Source of the DNA: Candidatus Poribacteria bacterium
GTDB lineage: Bacteria > Poribacteria > WGA-4E > PCPOR2b
Direction of reading: 5' to 3'
Assembly (NCBI GenBank): GCA_965208325.1
Contig: OZ242326.1
Span: 2,784,001-2,848,000 of the forward strand
DNA: 64,000 bases
Shown: positions 10,139-19,572 of the stretch, piece after piece
Layout: each line of letters begins with the position of its first letter
Numbering within the stretch: the stretch's first letter is position 1
The notes under the pieces: model-generated
Told to the model about the DNA's origin: nothing
Seen by the model: the letters and a program-made list of their open reading frames with translations, nothing else
The model's database searches: none
Position numbers and translations under genes: made by a program

Positions 10139-11218
10139 ATGAATCAGAGACAACTTGCGTTAGCCCATTTTAACCGTGCCGCAAAGTATTACCAAAAAGC
10201 TATTTATGTCCAGGCAATTCACCATTACCTTGCGGGCTTGAAAATTGATGCCACTCGGGCTGAGATTTACGCAGACCTCGCAAAAGCGTATGAAATGCTG
10301 GGCTGCTGGGATCATGCGCTTAATTCGCTGGAAACTGCGTTGCGGTTACGGCCCGGATTCACAACAGCCCTACGGCGGAAACAGCGGATTCTGGAAGAAC
10401 AAGCGTTTTATGAGGCCACGCAAAACCGGCTAGACGTTAATCCAGAACTCCCGGTCCAACATCGTCGGAGTGAAAACTCTACCGACAATACCATTGAAAT
10501 CGAACACTCCCGCTTCACACTGACCTGTCCCGATACAACTCCGCAAAGTACGATTTCAGCCGTATGCCAACTAGCTGAACGAATCTACAATGAGGTTGGC
10601 GGGATGTTTCAGTGCTATCCCCGCCATCCAATTCCCATATCCATGGAAGATGCAAGTTTACCATCATATTCCACTCTCAATCGCACACTCCCGCCCTGGG
10701 CTGCCGCTCGATATAACAACGGCATTCAACTCATCCACCGCCCCGGAAACACTGGAACCGGGATTCTATCGACGTTGATTAGACACGAATGGGTTCATTT
10801 GACTGTTGACTTATTAGCACAAGGACAGTGCCCAAGATGGCTTGATGAAGGGCTTGCTCAGACGATTGCCCGTCCCCTTATGAATTTTGAGCACGAATAC
10901 CTAGAAGATGCAAGACAAAATCAGCAACTTTTGACAATGGATGTGTTGAAAAAACCATTCCACCAATTCGATTCCCGGCAACGCCGATTAGCATATCTTC
11001 AGTCAAGTGCGATAGTGGGATATTTGGTAAATCAATTTGGATTCGCCCGCATCCGTGAGATTCTCAATCGAATCGGAAATGGAAGCGCCTCTGAAATCGC
11101 AATCCAAGACACTTTGGGAAAAACACCGGATGAAATTTTAGCCTCGTGGCAATTGGACAATAACGGGGCAAATCATGAAACTCAGAGTAACCCTCGAACA
11201 GAGAATCCATTTGTATAA
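10139..11218 (+). CDS. TPR + MA-clan zinc metallopeptidase
   Basis: N-terminal TPRs; HEWVH...PRWLDEGLA gluzincin motif; AY.QS motif. Confidence 0.85.
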   Translation: MNQRQLALAHFNRAAKYYQKAIYVQAIHHYLAGLKIDATRAEIYADLAKAYEMLGCWDHALNSLETALRLRPGFTTALRRKQRILEEQAFYEATQNRLDVNPELPVQHRRSENSTDNTIEIEHSRFTLTCPDTTPQSTISAVCQLAERIYNEVGGMFQCYPRHPIPISMEDASLPSYSTLNRTLPPWAAARYNNGIQLIHRPGNTGTGILSTLIRHEWVHLTVDLLAQGQCPRWLDEGLAQTIARPLMNFEHEYLEDARQNQQLLTMDVLKKPFHQFDSRQRRLAYLQSSAIVGYLVNQFGFARIREILNRIGNGSASEIAIQDTLGKTPDEILASWQLDNNGANHETQSNPRTENPFV

Positions 11219-11707
11219 ATGGAAACGCTTGATATCGTAATTGTAGTCCTTGTTGGTCTAGGAGGCTTGAATTGTCTTCGAGTTGGCTTTACACGCAGCG
11301 TGTGGGGAATTGCTGCTATCTCCATGGGTGTGTTTGTTGCTAGTCAACTGTGGCGGGAGCTTGCGTCAATCCTGCAAACCGTAATAAAGCATGAGGGCAT
11401 CTCGAAATGGGTGAGTGTCATCGCTATTGCAGCCGTCGTGAGCCTAACGGCGGACAAGGTATTTGAGCAGATTCAGAAAATCATCCGCCGAGGCGTTTTA
11501 GGATGGCTAGACAACATTGTCGGCGGCGTATTTGGAATTGCTGCCAGCGGCGTTATAATTGGATTGGCGCTCATATTGCTGAATCAACACGGCGGTGAAG
11601 GGTTTCAAGAAGCTATTGCAGCTTCCCGTTTCGCACCAACGCTTCTAGACGTTGCCCATCAGGTTTTTGATTTTGGAAAAGAGATGATTGAAAAACAAAC
11701 TGGTTAG
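11219..11707 (+). CDS. CvpA (colicin V production) family membrane protein
   Basis: LDIVIV..GF, four TM segments, LGWLDNIVGGVFG, S.FAP. Confidence 0.85.
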   Translation: METLDIVIVVLVGLGGLNCLRVGFTRSVWGIAAISMGVFVASQLWRELASILQTVIKHEGISKWVSVIAIAAVVSLTADKVFEQIQKIIRRGVLGWLDNIVGGVFGIAASGVIIGLALILLNQHGGEGFQEAIAASRFAPTLLDVAHQVFDFGKEMIEKQTG

Positions 11708-11999
11708 AAATTATAACACTTCCCTTCAGATACCCCATGATCAGGCTTGTTATTACCCACAAATGCGCAACTCATCCGCTCCGGGAGAGCGGTATGTGGA
11801 AATTTACGATAAATCGCTGCATCTAGGAAAGCATGATACGCTCCGACGAGATGTGGGTATAGCAAGCCCGATAAAGAGAACTAGGGGGGTTGCTCCCTAT
11901 TTTGATTGGATTGATATGTGTAATTTTTAGTTGCAATGACTATAGGACCTGCTTGTTGAATCCTAATGCCCTTTCTCGCAAGTCACATTTCACACTGAA

Positions 12000-12899
12000 A
12001 TGAAATCGTCCTTCCTTAAGTTTTTGCGGATTTGTTCTTTTTGTCTCCTGCCATTTTTTTCTCCTGTAACATATTCCCACTTTGATGCCGAAAATCTGCT
12101 CGCATTCGCAGATGCGCTCTTTCAAGAAGGAGATTATCCCAACGCCATTCATGAATATCAGCGCTACCTTTTCCTCTATCCCGAAGGTGATAAAAACGAC
12201 CTCGTTCAATTTCGTATCGCAGCAGCTTATCAAAACACCGGCCAACTGCAGGTGGCAATAGAATCTTACCAAAAGTTAATCGCCATCTACACGATGAGCC
12301 CTTTGGCCGAGCGGGCAAAATCGAATGTCGCACAATGCCAACTGCTGCAGGGCAAGAAGTCCGCTGCCATTACGTCGTTGCGTCAGTTCTTGGCAGATTC
12401 GCCAAATAGTGGGTTAGCTCCCCGCGCACAATTCATTATTGGCATGATTCACATGGAAAATAGAGATTGGTCAAGCGCCGCACAGGAGTGGAAACAGGTC
12501 AGTATCAGATATGCTCAGACACCCTTCGGCCCAATGAGTGACCGCCTTTCACGAATCGTTCAACATCGTGAATCTCTGCCGCGCCGTTCTCCGCTAACAG
12601 CCGGACTGCTCTCAACGTTCACTCCTGGGCTTGGACAGGCATATAGCAATCGTTCTACCGATGGATTGCGCACGCTGTTAGCCGTTGGTACCGTTGTCGG
12701 CGGGACCATATACTACGTTAACGAGGAACGCTATAGAATTGCGATTCCATTGGCGGCGATTGGGTTTTCTCTTCATCTGCGCAACATTTACGGCGCCGTA
12801 CAATCCGCAAAAACCTTTAATCGAAAACACGAAAGTACATTCCTCAACCGACTCAGAGCGCAGATTCACGAATCCAATCTATTCGGCGCTTCAGATTAA
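12000..12899 (+). CDS. Exported TPR protein with C-terminal hydrophobic PGLGQ.Y domain
   Basis: Signal peptide, BamD/CpoB-like TPRs, SPLTAGLLSTFTPGLGQAY. Confidence 0.75.
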   Translation: MKSSFLKFLRICSFCLLPFFSPVTYSHFDAENLLAFADALFQEGDYPNAIHEYQRYLFLYPEGDKNDLVQFRIAAAYQNTGQLQVAIESYQKLIAIYTMSPLAERAKSNVAQCQLLQGKKSAAITSLRQFLADSPNSGLAPRAQFIIGMIHMENRDWSSAAQEWKQVSIRYAQTPFGPMSDRLSRIVQHRESLPRRSPLTAGLLSTFTPGLGQAYSNRSTDGLRTLLAVGTVVGGTIYYVNEERYRIAIPLAAIGFSLHLRNIYGAVQSAKTFNRKHESTFLNRLRAQIHESNLFGASD

Positions 12900-13087
12900 T
12901 GGATTCCGGAGAAACACTGTGCGTGAAAAATCCTTCTCCTGATTGTCGTAGATCAATCAATCGAATAGAATCTATTGAGCGAATAGCGAAGAAAATAGTC
13001 TTCTCATAATCCTCAGGAAAACACCCCCGACATGTCCGCTGTCTGTGATAAAATGAATTAAATCCACACGCCGAGAAATCAGCAACT

Positions 13088-14143
13088 ATGCGGTCTGCAA
13101 CACTCCTGGTTACCTTGAATAACAAAAGATTCACCTGTCCGCTTTGGTCTCATTTTGAGGGTCGCCGGACGCCGAAACTGCCATTTAGCGCATTTAAAAC
13201 CCGCTTTTTCAATCGGAGTGTCCGTTTTTCTATGTTTTTCCTGCTTTTCATTCTCATGGCCATTATCTGTCAACAAGCTCAGGCAGAGCAAGACGATTCG
13301 TATCTCCGATTTGCCGAACACCTCTTCAATCTCGGAAACTATGAATCATCAATCCTTGAACACAAGCGCTTTCTTTTCGACCATACGGATACAGATGTGG
13401 CTGACTTTGTACGTTACCGTATCGCACAGGGTTACTTTTATCAAGAAAATAGCGTAAAGGTCCAGCAGATGTTCGAAGAACTCATGAAGACGAATCCGGA
13501 TTCCCCGCTCAATCCTCATGTTCAACTGATGTTGGGAAAATCCTACCTTGACGCTGGAGAGTATACGAGTGCCCGCTCCAATTTATCCAAGATTATTCAT
13601 GCTGATGCAGATGTTCAGCTATCGGCACAGGCACAATACCTAAAGAGTTGGTGTTATATTCATGAGTGGAATTGGTTGAAGGGGATTGCGGAATTTAGAA
13701 AGGTCAGCAGGTTCCAGCCTGATACATCCCTCAGTACGGTATCCAACCATCTTGCAGACACGACGTTAGCCAAAATTCCTTTGCCGCTCAAGTCGCCCGA
13801 CAGCGCCCTATGGCTGTCCACTCTTTTTCCTGGAATAGGGCAAATCTACGCAGGCCAACACCGTAACGGACTCATCTCCGCCGCAGTCAGTGCCACGTTT
13901 ATATATCTCGCGGCTGACGCATCTCGTGACGAGCGGTATGTAGATGTGGTAGGTATTTCGCTATTAGGTTTGTGGCATTATTGGCGGGATCGGTCCAGTG
14001 CGAAAGGCTTAGCGGTCGAACACAATCGCAAGCTGGCAATGAATCTGATTTACGAGTTAAAGCAAAAATCAGCCGGGTTTAAGCCTTTAAATTTCGAACT
14101 GCCGGAAATTGAAATTATAGCCCCCGCTTCACTGGCGCCATGA
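13088..14143 (+). CDS. TPR protein, paralogue of the upstream gene (true start probably near 13232)
   Basis: FAEHLFNLGNY..EHKRFL matches FADALFQEGDY..EYQRYL; SPDSALWLSTLFPGIGQIY. Confidence 0.75.
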   Translation: MRSATLLVTLNNKRFTCPLWSHFEGRRTPKLPFSAFKTRFFNRSVRFSMFFLLFILMAIICQQAQAEQDDSYLRFAEHLFNLGNYESSILEHKRFLFDHTDTDVADFVRYRIAQGYFYQENSVKVQQMFEELMKTNPDSPLNPHVQLMLGKSYLDAGEYTSARSNLSKIIHADADVQLSAQAQYLKSWCYIHEWNWLKGIAEFRKVSRFQPDTSLSTVSNHLADTTLAKIPLPLKSPDSALWLSTLFPGIGQIYAGQHRNGLISAAVSATFIYLAADASRDERYVDVVGISLLGLWHYWRDRSSAKGLAVEHNRKLAMNLIYELKQKSAGFKPLNFELPEIEIIAPASLAP

Positions 14144-15772
14144 GTGCTGACTGAGGATATCATCCTGGCCCAACTCATCGAAAAGTGACGTGACATTGCT
14201 GCCGTCTGCATCCATAACCCAGATACCGAAACTGCCGTTGCGGTCGCTGCTAAAAGCAATCTTCGTCCCGTCCGGAGACCAACACGGATAGCCATTGTAA
14301 CTGTCCTCGCTGGTCAAGGTGGTTCGATCCCGTGAAAACAAATCTAATACACATATCGCAGCTTGGCTCAGAGATACTTCTTTGGTAAACACCAACTTAG
14401 AACCGTCCGGACTCCAATCCGGGTGGAGTTCGGTGTCTAAGCCCTCCGTTAACCGTTCAACGCCGCCTTCTATTACTGACGCAATGACGACCGGTGCTTG
14501 GGGCGGTTGATACTCCTCTTGCGCTGCACGTATTAATTCATGCAGTTTAGTCTCCGGTTCCGGCACTGGTATCGGGACGGGCGTTGGCTCCGGCTCGGGC
14601 TCCATTTCCGGTTCTGGCTCCGGTTCTGGTTCCGGTTCTACTTCTGGTGGGAGTGCCGCGTCAGCGGCAAGAAACGCTTCAATGTCCACCACAAAGAGAT
14701 TTCTATCATAAGAATACGCAATCTGGGTGCTGTCAGGCGACCAAGTCGGTTTCGAGTCTGCCTCGCAGAAGGAAAGTTTAACGCGATTTTCTCCGTTCAC
14801 ATCCATGATGTAAATCGACGGCTTTCGAAGGGCTTTCGAATGAACGTAAGCAATGCGGTCCCCATCAGGTGACCAAGCCGGATGCCGATCATTGAAAATG
14901 TCGCCGCTGATTGACCTCGTATTGCCGCCGCGGCTATTCATTACATAGATTTGTGGTGGGGCACCGCCTTCTGAGCGACTGAAGATAATTTGCCCGCCAT
15001 TCGGTGACCAGCTAGGTTGGTCGTCGAAAAAGTGAGTAAGCGCCGTCTCGTTTGCACGGTTTGCGTCAATGACTGAAATTCCAAAAAAGTCCTCGCCGGC
15101 AACATTTCCGCGAGCGAAGACAATTTGCCCAGTCATTTTGCGTCGAATAGAAATATTTTGTACGACATTTCTGTCACCGATAGTGATACCCGGCATGTCT
15201 ACTGTGTCATAACCCGGTTTTTCTGCCGTCAAATCGTATTGTCCATCGGAAACTGGGGCAATTATGAATTGTCCCGTAGTGTTCGTAACTGACGCGCGGT
15301 CGCCCAATGTAACCAGGACGTTTCGCACTGGATTGCCGTCGTTAGATATAACCTTGCCCTCAAACTTAACGCCGGGTTCAAGGCGGAAATCGACGGTTGC
15401 CGAATCTTTGCGAGTGACGCTCACTGCCGCTCGTTGTTCCAGATAACCAAGCGCTAAAATGCGCAGGTTATAGTCGCCGCTTTTGAGCGATTCAAACCTA
15501 AAGATGCCATTAGCATCGGTAGTTGTAGTTGCGACCTCCTCAAAGATGGATTTTTCGTCTGTAACGCTCTTTTTCGTAGACAACTTGACTGTCGCATTTG
15601 CAATTCCAGCATGGGTGACCAAATCTGTAACGGAACCTGAGATGACTCCCTCCGGCGATGACACTATCCTCGGACCGACATCTTCGGAATCGTCACCGCC
15701 GCAACCAACGAAAAACACAAACAGAACAAAAATAAACAGACCAAGGTAAGAGTAACGGATTAAGTTCTCCAT
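14129..15772 (-). CDS. Lipoprotein with two carboxypeptidase-regulatory-like beta-sandwiches and a TolB-like PD40 beta-propeller
   Basis: Lipobox FVGC; repeated P.WSPDG..I.(F/Y) units; Pro/Glu insertion. Confidence 0.85.
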   Translation of the reverse strand: MENLIRYSYLGLFIFVLFVFFVGCGGDDSEDVGPRIVSSPEGVISGSVTDLVTHAGIANATVKLSTKKSVTDEKSIFEEVATTTTDANGIFRFESLKSGDYNLRILALGYLEQRAAVSVTRKDSATVDFRLEPGVKFEGKVISNDGNPVRNVLVTLGDRASVTNTTGQFIIAPVSDGQYDLTAEKPGYDTVDMPGITIGDRNVVQNISIRRKMTGQIVFARGNVAGEDFFGISVIDANRANETALTHFFDDQPSWSPNGGQIIFSRSEGGAPPQIYVMNSRGGNTRSISGDIFNDRHPAWSPDGDRIAYVHSKALRKPSIYIMDVNGENRVKLSFCEADSKPTWSPDSTQIAYSYDRNLFVVDIEAFLAADAALPPEVEPEPEPEPEPEMEPEPEPTPVPIPVPEPETKLHELIRAAQEEYQPPQAPVVIASVIEGGVERLTEGLDTELHPDWSPDGSKLVFTKEVSLSQAAICVLDLFSRDRTTLTSEDSYNGYPCWSPDGTKIAFSSDRNGSFGIWVMDADGSNVTSLFDELGQDDILSQHSWRQ

Positions 15773-15921
15773 AATAATTCGTGGGTACGTTTATCCGTCA
15801 GATTCAGACAAACATCCCTCCTCCTCCTTTCCTAATTCACCTGCTGGCAAAAGCCTTCTATACATCAATTCAACCCAGTGAACCAATTCACTAGTCCTTG
15901 TTTAACTGTTTAAACAGAAAT

Positions 15922-17538
15922 CTACAATTTCTGCGCGGCATTTGGTGCATTCTTCCAAAAACCGTCGTCGGCTGAATCATTTAAAACCGTTTCGGGAATG
16001 TAGTTGCTGTAATCCGAAATATTCCCGTGCGTAATCGCATAGACGACAATGTTGATTAGTTGGCGCGCTGCATGCGGCGCAAGTTCCACTAGAATCTGGT
16101 TCTTATTTTTGAACTTGCCGTAGAAGGGCTTCTGAACTGCTCCATCGACTACATGCATCATCTGTTCAGTATCAACCAAAACGGCAAGCCGCCCGTCTAT
16201 AGTGATACCCTGCAGTTCCGAATATGGCCCAAAGTGAAGGGGAATGCTATGGCCCCCCATTGAGGTAATCTTGCGCAAGGGAAAACGTAAGGGGCCATTT
16301 AGCGAATAGTATGTGTTGTAAATCGGGTGATCATTGCGAACAATGCCGAGTTGATGCTCAGGCAGGAGGCTCCGAAGTACTTTCCTTGTACCTCTCATGG
16401 CATTTTCCGCATTTCCATGCGTCGCCATATAGATGAATCCCCCACGATGCAGCACATACTCCCGCAGACTTTGAACTTCAGAGTCTGTATACTTACTTAA
16501 TCCACCCGGACGCCTAGTATTCCAAATTGGATTACTGTGAGAGTTGAATACTCGCTTTAGATGTTCTGGGCTTAAATTGGATCCACCGGGTATCGGCTCC
16601 ATGAATATGATTGGTGCCTGAAAGAACCCGGAATCGTTCATTCCGACCGAATCGACAAACTGTGTTTTTATCTTAGTTTTTTCATTTAGCGATTGCACTA
16701 GATAGGACAGACCTGCCCCAAATCGGAAATTGCCGACACCGTTGCCTCATATGTCTGCACTAGGGTGTAGCGGATCTTCAAAACGCGCCAAGTTTAATCG
16801 CCCCATTATATTTCGACCGCGCCCCACCACGATAGCACCGGGAATACCATGGGGGAGCTCAGGCATGCCGCCTCCCAATGCTACCTTGTCAGCGACATCG
16901 GAAAGCGCGTCGTCAATGTTGGCAGCACCTTCGGCACCAATCAACGAAGTCAATCCGATACGGCCGCTTTCCCTGGTCCCATCCACATTGCTTCCTGAAC
17001 TGACAACCCTATGTCCGCCGCTGAAACCGCCGCCAACGCCTTCCGAGAGCGAACCGCCTCCGCTCACCCCCGACGTTAACGGGGCATTCGAGTGAAGCGG
17101 AAGATCGACAGCAGTAGCAAGAGGTTGGGCCGGTTGGCGATTGGCACGAGAAGACTGAACGAGTCCTTGGACAGATATTTCGGCGCGCGCGGCTTGCGTA
17201 GTAGATTGAGAAACTAGGGAATTCACCGCTGTAGCCTTCGCCGCAAATACGGAGGCAGATCGTCCAGGATGAGTCGTCAGAGCCCGCGACTGCGCCGACG
17301 CTATCTGTCGTTCGATTTGAATGTCAGGCATAGGTATTATCGGCACGGAGATAGGTGCCTTGACATACGGTAATTTCTCTACGGGCTTTATCGGTTTAAC
17401 TTTCAGAATGCTCACATTTAAGGCATCAACTTCTCTAGAATTAATTTGTTTGATGGCGATTAAACTAAACACAATCGCGAGACATAGATGTACCGCTAGA
17501 GACATTAACCAGAAGCGGTACTTGTAACGAGATTTCAT
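15922..17538 (-). CDS. TonB-like-anchored DUF4159-domain protein with in-frame UGA at 16747-16749 (candidate selenoprotein; alternatively a split gene)
   Basis: ORFs 16747..17538 and 15922..16698 are in frame and joined by 16 open codons; C-half has LREYVLHRGGFI, DHPIY, GITIDGRLAV, NIVVYAITH typical of DUF4159. Confidence 0.65.
16703..16746 (-). promoter_or_regulatory. Putative bacterial SECIS element
   Basis: UGGGGCAGGUCUGUCCUA stem-loop at +27..+44 after the UGA; core resembles E. coli fdhF SECIS GCAGGUCUGC. Confidence 0.55.
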
Positions 17539-17662
17539 TGGGGTAACCTCCTTTTGCGAATAGTTCGGCTAGTCTTGCCGTACCGGGAAGAGAAAACGGC
17601 ACTGCAATCAGCATAAAACCGATTCTCCAATTAGTGTTTACGCTGTGTTTACTTCTATTTAT

Positions 17663-17679
17663 AGCAAGTATGATGCCAG
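17663..17679 (-). promoter_or_regulatory. sigma54 (-24/-12) promoter
   Basis: CTGGCATCATACTTGCT: GG-N10-GC, 125 bp upstream of the ATG at 17538. Confidence 0.7.
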
Positions 17680-17928
17680 TTCGGAATGCTTTAAAATGAA
17701 GTCGGATAGGGATTGTTGCCCGATAAACTGTTCAATACATGGACGGGATTGTCCGAAAATCGTGCAATGAGAGTTCGGCGGCATAAATGGAAAATGCACC
17801 AACTTGTCACTTCGTCGTGTGAGACGTTGTCCGTGCGAGAAATTGGGTATGTCTATTTCTGAAAAAGGCACGCTTTCCCGTTCGCCATTGTGACACCAAC
17901 TTCAGCCCAAAAAATAAATCGTCATGAC

Positions 17929-17948
17929 TGTATCATTTTTGCCACACT
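17929..17948. promoter_or_regulatory. Putative activator binding site (TGT-N12-ACA)
   Basis: Reverse complement AGTGTGGCAAAAATGATACA is 18/20 identical to 55932-55951. Confidence 0.55.
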
Positions 17949-18117
17949 ATCCCTTTCAATGCCAAGAAACCTTCACCGTAGCTCGGTCTTGCACCAAACG
18001 GTGCATTTTGAACCAAACCTTGCCCTGTTTTGTGCACTCATTGGACGAGATTAATCTCTCAATGCATTGCTGAGTTTTTTTGAGTTCACCAATATTTGCA
18101 AAAATGTCGATAGGTTT

Positions 18118-18217
18118 GAAACCGTATTTTTTTCTTGAAAACTCGATTTATTAAACCGTGCAGTAAATGGAAGCCATTCCGCCATGCCCGTCCGCTTAGA
18201 TTTCCAAGCCCGAATTG
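18118..18217. repeat. Family A intergenic repeat (long form)
   Basis: GAAACCG.ATTTTTTTCTTGAAAACTCG.TTT plus tail TTCCAAGCCC.AATT shared with 1301. Confidence 0.7.
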
Positions 18218-18404
18218 ATACTAGCACAATTTTCAAACCATCTCCGTGGCCAATACAAAATTTGCTAATACGTAGCACACTCGTACGTAGTAGCATTTAT
18301 CTACTGTAGAAAAGCCAATCGAAATATGGTATTATGAAAGGGTAAAGTATCTAGTCCTTCAAGAAATCGGTTCATGGGCTCTCCACTCAAAGGTATATTG
18401 CCGC

Positions 18405-19445
18405 ATGCCAGAAATTGACCCGCTTGACAAATTCTTAAAGGAAACAAAAGAGAGAATTGATACGCACATCTTGAATTTTCTGCCTCAAGAACACGAACGC
18501 CATGAAGTGCGTCGGCTCTATGAAATGATGAGGGATTATCCGCTGCGTTCGGGCAAACGATTACGCCCCGCAATCTGTTTGCTAATCTGCGAAGCTTTCG
18601 GCGGAAATCTAAGAGAGGCTCTCAATACTGCTGCGGCACTAGAACTTTTGCAAGATTGGCTTTTAATCCATGACGATATTGAAGATCAGTCGGATTTGCG
18701 TCGCGGCCAACCGTGTTTACATCTAAAGTATGGTATTCCGATGGCTATTAACGTCGGCGATGCTCTCCACTGCAAAATGTGGGAAATGCTCCATTCGAAC
18801 GCAGATTCACTTGGCTATGAGATTGCGTTTCAGATTCTATCCGAGTTCTCACAACTCTGCAACCAGGTCGTCGAAGGGCAACATATCGAGTTAAGTTGGG
18901 TTAGCAACAACCGTTGGAACCTAACTGAAGCAGATTACTGGACTATGTGTGTGCAGAAAACAGCTTGGTATACATGTATCACCCCATGTCGAATCGGCGC
19001 TCTTATCGCTGGAGCAACTACAGCCGATGCCGATCAATTTAACGATATCGGCATGAATCTCGGAGTCGCCTTCCAAATACAAGACGACGTACTCAATCTA
19101 GTCGGTGAAGTGGGGCGGTACGGTAAAGAGATTGCTGGCGACATCAGTGAGGGCAAACGCACGCTTGTACTCATTCACTTGTTGAGCTCATGTACAAAGA
19201 CCGAGGCGCTGCGCGTAATCGAGATTATGGATAAATCTCGAGAGGATAAGACCCAAGAAGAAATTGAAGACGTGTTGCGCTTGATTGGGAAATACAAGTC
19301 CATTCAATACGCACAGCAGCAGTCCAAAAGACTCGCGCAAAACGCATTTACACAGTTCACTCGCGAATTTGCCCGCCTACCGGATAGTCGGGCAAAAAAT
19401 CTCTTTTCGCGCCTAATTCATTTCGTCATCGAACGTGAGTATTAA
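18405..19445 (+). CDS. trans-Isoprenyl diphosphate synthase (GGPP synthase-like)
   Basis: GKRLRP, FARM HDDIED..RRG, GQ..E, KT, SARM FQIQDDVLN, EGKRT. Confidence 0.92.
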   Translation: MPEIDPLDKFLKETKERIDTHILNFLPQEHERHEVRRLYEMMRDYPLRSGKRLRPAICLLICEAFGGNLREALNTAAALELLQDWLLIHDDIEDQSDLRRGQPCLHLKYGIPMAINVGDALHCKMWEMLHSNADSLGYEIAFQILSEFSQLCNQVVEGQHIELSWVSNNRWNLTEADYWTMCVQKTAWYTCITPCRIGALIAGATTADADQFNDIGMNLGVAFQIQDDVLNLVGEVGRYGKEIAGDISEGKRTLVLIHLLSSCTKTEALRVIEIMDKSREDKTQEEIEDVLRLIGKYKSIQYAQQQSKRLAQNAFTQFTREFARLPDSRAKNLFSRLIHFVIEREY

Positions 19446-19572
19446 AATTCCGGCAACAATTCAGCACAAACCTTGCCGTTCGCAATGCCCCGAATTCAAA
19501 CTTCTGTTGAGGAAGGAATACATGTAATCCAAATATACTATTATTTCAATGATTCGGCGATTCACCAGTTGG

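Noticed and set aside
17950..17968. Extra sigma54 site TTGGCATTGAAAGGGA
   Set aside because: It lacks the invariant GC at -12.
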